NCBI GenBank assembly: GCA_002811645.1
Contig: PDIP01000003.1
Span: 434,001-498,000 of the forward strand
DNA: 64,000 nucleotides
Source: Corallochytrium limacisporum Hawaii
Taxonomy: Eukaryota; Protista; Pluriformea
Reading direction: 5' to 3'
Both the position numbers and the translations under genes were made by a program. Shown here piece after piece: positions 57,525 to 64,000 of the stretch. The number at the start of each line of letters is the position of its first letter. Position 1 is the first letter of the stretch. The notes beneath the pieces are model-generated. The model saw nothing but the letters and a program-made list of their open reading frames with translations, made no database searches and was not told the DNA's origin.

Positions 57525-57746
57525 ATGCCACCCAAGAACAAGCAGTCTAAGAACACAACGAAATGGTCTGATCTTACCTTTGGGGAGAAGATTGCTCGGC
57601 TGAATACGCAGTTTGAGACTTCAACTATAATGTACGTGTTGGAGCCTTGGGAAAAACGCTTGATTCGAGGCCTCATACTCTTTGTGATAGTCATGACCTT
57701 CTACAGTGCATATGTATATCTTCTACCGTTGGTCATTCCGGAATGA
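57525..57746 (+). CDS. SPTSS: Serine palmitoyltransferase small subunit
   Basis: QFE....MYVLEPWEK followed by one TM helix; aacATG at 57525. Confidence 0.85.
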   Translation: MPPKNKQSKNTTKWSDLTFGEKIARLNTQFETSTIMYVLEPWEKRLIRGLILFVIVMTFYSAYVYLLPLVIPE

Positions 57747-57839
57747 ACTTTAAAATTTAAAGAAATATGAAAATGAATAGCATCGGGCATAGTATCACAT
57801 TTTAAATATCATCTTTCTATATGTAATTGTATCATTTAC

Positions 57840-59186
57840 TTATACACTGATAGTCTTGAAAACATGGAAACCGGACAGAGCGGTAGATACCAGAGCGCCA
57901 GGAATCTGAGGGTGCCAGTGGATCTCTTTGATCTCAGACTGGCCCTGATGGATGAACAGCAGCTGAGGAGGCACATCCTTGTGGAGCGGCTGGCTGGCCA
58001 GCTCATCGTCGTCCTTCTCCACAGACAGGTCCCACAGCGAAACCTGGTCATCTGCTCCACTTACTGCTATAATACTATCGTCTGTAGGATGCCACTCGAC
58101 AGAGGTAATCGGGGCGCGGTGCCACTTGAATTGGGCAATGGGCTTACCGGCCTTGATATTGCGCAGATCCCATACCTTGAACAGACCGTCGTCGCCGCCG
58201 GAAACCATAAGGTACTTGACTGTCTTGTTCCAATCGATGACATTCACATCTGATGAGTGGGCCTCGTTCACAGTGATAGCTGATTCAGCTTTCTTACGAG
58301 CGTCCCAAATTCTAACAGTCTTGTCCACGGAGCACGATGCGAAGACATTCGCCTCGTTCGGGCTCCACTGAATATCTTCAACGCTTGCTGAATGAGCAGC
58401 ATAAGGGGCCTTATCTACAATCCATCCAGAGCCACCCTCCTGCACATTCCAAACGTAAATGTATTTGTCACAGTCACCTGATGCAAATCGTCCAGGAACT
58501 ACCGGTGACCAGGCCATTGAGAACCCCTCTGTCGTATGGCCAGTGAAAGTTTGCACTGGAGCTTTCTTTACAGTCTCTTTTTCAGTTCCCCAGCCCTGTA
58601 CATTCTTGATAGCATCGGACATGTCATGGATGCGAACCTTGCCGTCATCGCCCCAGGTAGAAACAAACTGACGATACTGCGGGCATGAACGCACCCGGTT
58701 GATACCATAATCAACACTGACGGAATAGAGGTCCATTTCTGGGGCATTGTCATCCATGTCGTCGTCGTCATCGGAATCACTATCATCACCGTCATTCTGT
58801 TCTTTGTGTGTCTTCTTCATTTGACTCAAACGCATGAGCATGAGTTCATTATCTCGTGCCCGCTCTGCGGTAGTACCGGCGTACATGAACATTTCCATGG
58901 GATAGTCTTCCCTTTTATCGCCAAGGCCATCCTTGAGGATATCAAAAGACATACATGGCCACTTGGTTGAAACCATGTGCAACATATGGTATGCACTATC
59001 GTCGTGTTTCAACTCTTCGCCATCATCTAGATTCTCACCAGGAAGATAGACTTGGGTATCAGTTTTGCCGTTCTCACCCTGATCAGCTTCTCCAGTTTCC
59101 ATTTCCTCGTCGCCATCTTCCATTTCGTTGTCATCGAACTCCTCCATATAGTCCTCCTCAAACTCGAGTTCACTGTCCGGACCCAT
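57840..59186 (-). CDS. GRWD1: Glutamate-rich WD40 protein / ribosome assembly factor Rrb1
   Basis: Acidic N-terminus, AYHMLH..WPCMSFD, SVEDIQWSP, WDLSVEKD, PPQLLFIHQG. Confidence 0.94.
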   Translation of the reverse strand: MGPDSELEFEEDYMEEFDDNEMEDGDEEMETGEADQGENGKTDTQVYLPGENLDDGEELKHDDSAYHMLHMVSTKWPCMSFDILKDGLGDKREDYPMEMFMYAGTTAERARDNELMLMRLSQMKKTHKEQNDGDDSDSDDDDDMDDNAPEMDLYSVSVDYGINRVRSCPQYRQFVSTWGDDGKVRIHDMSDAIKNVQGWGTEKETVKKAPVQTFTGHTTEGFSMAWSPVVPGRFASGDCDKYIYVWNVQEGGSGWIVDKAPYAAHSASVEDIQWSPNEANVFASCSVDKTVRIWDARKKAESAITVNEAHSSDVNVIDWNKTVKYLMVSGGDDGLFKVWDLRNIKAGKPIAQFKWHRAPITSVEWHPTDDSIIAVSGADDQVSLWDLSVEKDDDELASQPLHKDVPPQLLFIHQGQSEIKEIHWHPQIPGALVSTALSGFHVFKTISV

Positions 59187-61233
59187 AGTTGCAGATTTAA
59201 GGGCTCAACTATGCGCAATCGTTTCTTCACTGTGATGAGTGCTCTCCGCTCGAATGTTTACTTATTGCGGAGTGTAGCGAAATGCCATAAGTAGCTCTGC
59301 AGCAAGGTCCAATACAAACCAAGTTAACCCCAACACTACTCCTCCACACAGTATACATCCGTACACCACACTTGCGTTGTACACTTGCAGTCCTACCCTC
59401 CACCACGCGAGTCACGCGGGTTAAAGGGGAGAGACTGAACTATGGTACGCTAGTACTCAAAGAAAACTGCGAGTGTGCGCTCAATGTGGGGAGCCCTTTA
59501 ATCAGTCACACAATGATTATCAATCATAAATAAAATCAAAGGGAGTCTTATTTATTACTGTTTCTTGGGGGATGGTATCTGCTGAGCTTGTTTGCAATTT
59601 TGGGATCTCCCCCAACCCCCCTACCCAGCAGGCGACGGCCCATACAAAAGGACCCTCAGCCTGGGCTGCTTGCCTCTCTTCTCGCGCCTGTATTTCCAAG
59701 GTCTCACCCCACCTCCTTTGGCGTGACTTTCGGTACTTTCATTATGGATCTGTGGATGGTTTTGGAGGGAAATATGGGCCATTGTCCGTTCTCTGGTGAC
59801 ACTGGGCAACTAAAACCGCGAATGTATACCATTTCTGCGATATTTGGCGGTTTTTTCCTGCCATTAGCCCCTTCCCCGCCGCGTTTCTCTTCGCCCCTGC
59901 CTCTTTCTTCTTCCAACCTTCTGCTTGTCCGCTCCCTCCTTTCCTCCCTTTCATGCGGCAGCAGTTGGGGCTCCGATAGAGACTTCTGCGACATACAACT
60001 GCTGGGCCAGTGGAAGGCTCCTACTGGTAGTGAAGGTCCTGGGATGAAATGATCAGTACTGTAGAAGGAAACCTAGATCGGGGTCATTCTCTTGTCCCTC
60101 CCTCAATCCTGCCTACGATAAGCTCGTCCCGCACGGCGAGCCGACAATGTAGCCTTGGGCGTTGTCAAACAACCACCGCCCTGCCGCCACACACAGGTCC
60201 AAAGGCGACCAGACTGCTCGCCCCAAAAGAGTCTTTTTTTTTTTATTGTTATGCCTTTTGGGCGGCCGTTCATCTCATTGCACACCTGGCTAGAGGTCCT
60301 TCCAAAATGAATAGGAATATTTCGCCCATACAAACCGCACACTGAAGGTGCTGTCATATCTATCACAATGCAGACCAGGATAGATCGTCTGGAAGGGTTC
60401 AGGTGAGGTAAGTGAAGCTTGAGTAGTTTTCTGGCCTCTGAGTCTGCCTTGGTTCTATCTCGCACCTTAATCAGAAAGTGCTGAATCGTCGTTATGGTCT
60501 TGGAACGGCGAACTGCGCCTGATCCTTCACATAATATGTCTCCTAAACCGGAGCAATGAGATCGATATGAGTCTTTCCTTCTTATGTCCCATAGGCCAGG
60601 AGGTAAGGATCGAAGGGACGAATTATCCATGTCCCGGGGAAACATATACTACAAGTATTCTCCCTGGTTTATTAAATATAGTGAAAGCATGCAAAATGAC
60701 ATAAGGTGCTAAGGCGAGGTGGGGAACTTTGTGACGTCCTTGGTCCAAGGAAAGTGAGCCCCAGGTATAGCAACATTTTGGTAGCCGGATGGGAATTTCA
60801 TTTGTAGCCGTCCTACAGTGAACCCCTTGTCCTTGTCCTGCTACAGGCCCCTCGCATCCCTTGGTTGTTTATGTACACCTCTGGCGCATATAGCGAAACT
60901 ATGGAGCACACAGGGCAGTATATTCACTATAGAAAGCGCGTGACAATGGATCAATTGGATGACTGTCCTTGGAATAGTAAGGTTTGAACTTGGTCCCAAA
61001 ACACTGGCAATCTCCGCAAACCTCTGTGAATCCTTTGTTTTCGGCCCGAAATTACCTCAGTTTGGGAGCTGATTGCTATAGGCCCCAAAATGTATAGGAG
61101 GCCCAGTCCCCATAATAAATGTATGGGAATCAATTGCTTTGGTTGCTTAAGTACCGGACCAAACCCAGTTCCTACAGTACCCGATCAGGGGTCCAATGGA
61201 TTGGTCCAAAGTGTGTCCAAATTTTCTCCCTGC

Positions 61234-62220
61234 TTTCACTATCGAAATCATTTCCTCTATACATAATAAAGCTGGTATATTTACTATGGATATTGTCAAT
61301 TTATCGGTTTCAGTACTGAAAGACTGCGATTGATTCAGTATTCGATTCGCAAACGACCTCCTTTCCAGTACTGGATTCCTATAGCAGTCCACTTTAGTAT
61401 GAGATTTGTATTGCGCTTTTCTGTCGGTTTAGTACTGAATATCCGGTACAAACACCAGCCAGGAACTTTCAGTACTGAAAACTTTTCTTCGTACATTGTC
61501 TATACTAAATTCCCTTTACCTTATACCTGTCCAGTACTTAACCAGGGACATTGTTCAATATGCCCCTTCACTATAGGAAATGTATGACCATAAACTTGGT
61601 AGAAATATACTGGAAATTCCGGTGTTCAGTACTGAAGTATTGGGATGGAAAGTGTAATACATTTACTATTGAAACCATTCCGGTACACCGTCAACCAGTA
61701 CAGAAATCGCACCGCAGTTGGTAGTGAAAGTACTGGTTTTAGCTACGGCGGTACGCAAACTACCAGGACCTCATTCTATACTAAATGTATGTAATTTTAG
61801 CTTCAGTACTGATGGAACCCAAAAAATGGGCTCTCCATAGACATCAGTGTAATAATGTCTCTTCACGGTATATACCAAAATGCAGCGGAGAACTGCTCTG
61901 TGGTTGTTTAGTACTACTTAATTCCTAGTGAAATATTGGTAGTGAATGTAGGCAGTACATTTACTATAGAAAACGGCACCACTTCATCTCCCAGTACTGA
62001 AAAGGGGCCATAGGGACCAATTCTTCTTCTACTTCAGACACGGCGCATTTTTGGTACTGTCTAGTTTTTTACTAGCCATAGTGAACGGAGAAAAATGGCT
62101 AGGGCGAGGATTCTCCAAGGCGAGTCACTATGGCATGCCCCATTTCTTGGTGCGTTCAGTACCAGTGTCAATTTCAATAGTAAATGTATGGCATTTTGTT
62201 TCCATACTGAAAGTATAGTG
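61234..62220. repeat. AT-rich degenerate array of (TTT)CAGTACTG(AAA) palindromes and RTASTRAA variants
   Basis: Exact AGTACT at 61312, 61367, 61431, 61471, 61533, 61628, 61729, 61805, 61910 and 61993. Perfect TTTCAGTACTGAAA at 61308 and 61467. Confidence 0.85.
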
Positions 62221-63240
62221 GACGATTTTCGCGCCTTCGATTCAAAATTGGCCCGAGTGGCGGGCGGGTTCGAGGGGAGCACGATGAAGTGTGAAAGTTG
62301 CGAACTTTTCACTTTGAGTAAACCAAGAGGATGGTCTGGAGCCCGTTTGGATGGTTGGGTCGATTGGCATTGATACAATATATACATGATAGATACCCTG
62401 CCCAAGTACGATTGAATAGAATGCAGAATAAACGCCTAGAGTATAGTGTGTTTACTATTGGCATCTAAACTAGATAGCGAAGAGACCTATAGGGAAGAGG
62501 TAGTTTTGATCCGGAATTTCGATCCCCTCCTCATGGTGCATTCCTGTTGCTTTGGGAGTGGCAGCAGAAGTTTTTTCACGAGTCAGCTGCTTTCAACCTA
62601 CAATGTCTGGAAGAAAAAATTAAAAGCTACGAACGGGCGGATGAGAGGGGGGGCACTCGTGCAGGGATAGAATGTAGTCGGAGGGGAAGGTCAAATTTTC
62701 TTGTACGTGATTAACTACTGAGTAGTTATAGTGAATGAGTACACAAATACTACCTAAACTCGTAGATCTCAGTACCTTTGCGTATTCGGAAGATGAGAGG
62801 AGGCCACGCGTTTCATTGCGGTCATGCACCGGAGTGCAGAAACGAGGACAAGCGCAAACCGAAGGAGAGATACATCGCTCCTGCAGACTGATAAAACATT
62901 GAAAAGAAAATTGCTAAATGCAGCGGGGGAAAATGAAGGTCACTGATTTCACAAATGATTGTTTTGCATACTAAATGTACTTCGAAAATAATGTAGTAAA
63001 GCGGAAAATGAACGGAGCAGAACGAGGAGGGAAAGAGGGGGGAAAGGGTTCCCCATGCCGTGCTCTACAGGGACATCGTAGAGGCCCAGCACAGGTGATC
63101 ACCCCTCGCACATGAACATGTCCTTTGCGGCAATTAGCACAAAGGTGCAGTAGTGAATATATAGGTTCACCAAAGGTGCGGTATTGGACGTCCATCCAGT
63201 CGCAGAGGGGGTACGGGGGTGGGCAAGCCGAGGAACAACT

Positions 63241-63307
63241 TTTTGGCGGCAGTTGCGATGCACACCCTGGTTCCCGCGAGACGCGTTGCACCGTGCTGGT
63301 ATAAGAA
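63241..63307 (+). promoter_or_regulatory. Proximal promoter of HMG gene: E2F-like sites and TATA-like box
   Basis: TTTTGGCGG 63241, TTCCCGCG 63271, ACGCGT 63281, TATAAGAA 63300 (86 bp before the ATG). Confidence 0.45.
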
Positions 63308-63385
63308 GGACAGTAGATCAGTAAATTAGCCCGCTTGTAGACAGTTTTGTTAGTATCTAAAATTTACTCAAAAAGACAATTCAAC

Positions 63386-63946
63386 ATGCCACCTAAATCC
63401 AAGAAGAAGGGCACGCCCAAGAAGGGCAAGAAGGAGCCCAAGATGAAGATGATCAAGAAGGACAAGAACGCCCCCAAGCGTGCCATGTCTGCCTTCATGT
63501 TCTTCGGTAACGATATCCGTCCTCAACTCCGTCAGGAATACCCCGACGCCAAGATCACCCAGATTGCTGCCATCCTTGGTCAGCGCTGGAAAGCTCTGCC
63601 TCAAAAGGATCGTGTCAAGTACGAGAAGATGGCTGCGGCCGACAAGGAGCGCTACCAGCAGGAGAAGGCCCACTACGTGCCACCTCCTAACTTGAAGAAG
63701 GGCAAGCGCAAGAAAGACCCTAACGCCCCCAAGCGCGCCATGTCTGCCTTCATGTACTACGCCAACGATGTGCGTGCCGTTCTGCGCCAGAAGCATCCCG
63801 ACCTGAAGATCACTCAGATTGCACAGATGATCGGTGAGCAGTGGCAAAACATGAATGAGAAGCAGCGCAAGACCTACGTTGAAAAGGCCGCCGCTGACAA
63901 GGCCCGCTACGATAAGGAACGCGCTGCCTACGTCAAGAGCAAGTAA
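63386..63946 (+). CDS. Two-box HMGB/Nhp6-type chromatin protein without acidic tail
   Basis: Two HMG boxes, each starting KD.NAPKRAMSAFM; Lys-rich N-terminus; strong C/G-ending codon bias. Confidence 0.93.
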   Translation: MPPKSKKKGTPKKGKKEPKMKMIKKDKNAPKRAMSAFMFFGNDIRPQLRQEYPDAKITQIAAILGQRWKALPQKDRVKYEKMAAADKERYQQEKAHYVPPPNLKKGKRKKDPNAPKRAMSAFMYYANDVRAVLRQKHPDLKITQIAQMIGEQWQNMNEKQRKTYVEKAAADKARYDKERAAYVKSK

Positions 63947-64000
63947 GTAATTTCCCATCCATTTTGAATACATATTTACATTGTTCCCATCGGAGAATGT

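Noticed and set aside
61234-62220. CRISPR-like interpretation of the palindrome array
   Set aside because: The repeats are only 6-14 bp, degenerate and irregularly spaced (40-105 bp). There are no cas genes and the context is eukaryotic.
1-64000. tRNA, rRNA, snoRNA, SECIS and transposase/reverse-transcriptase genes
   Set aside because: No cloverleaf, conserved rRNA segment or mobile-element protein motif was recognised by eye. A covariance-model scan would be needed to exclude small RNAs.

Overview
Gene-dense, almost intron-free eukaryotic nuclear DNA (about 50% GC) with about 31 protein genes in 64 kb and one N-gap (18212-18288). I saw no tRNA, rRNA, CRISPR array or recognisable transposon. 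The gene set (LD-motif paxillin, NONO/SFPQ-type DBHS protein, BORCS5, coactosin, MARK kinase, cofactor-independent PGAM) and the rare introns with ACTAAY branch points suggest an intron-poor unicellular holozoan such as Corallochytrium; this is inference and was not verified. Genes alternate strands strongly, giving 12 tight convergent pairs. Most notable: (1) an AT-rich array of roughly helically phased CAGTACTG palindromes at 61.2-62.2 kb, a candidate centromere or homotypic binding array; (2) a BRK1/HSPC300 protein with a ~360-aa tail carrying WH2/C-like motifs; (3) a frameshifted meiotic SHOC1/Zip2 gene; (4) decayed gene relics in intergenic DNA (ARMH1-, CCDC17-, CARMIL- and LRR-like); (5) a poor-context uORF overlapping eIF5; (6) a CDE/CHR-like element before RAD54B. 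All homology calls come from remembered motifs, not database searches.
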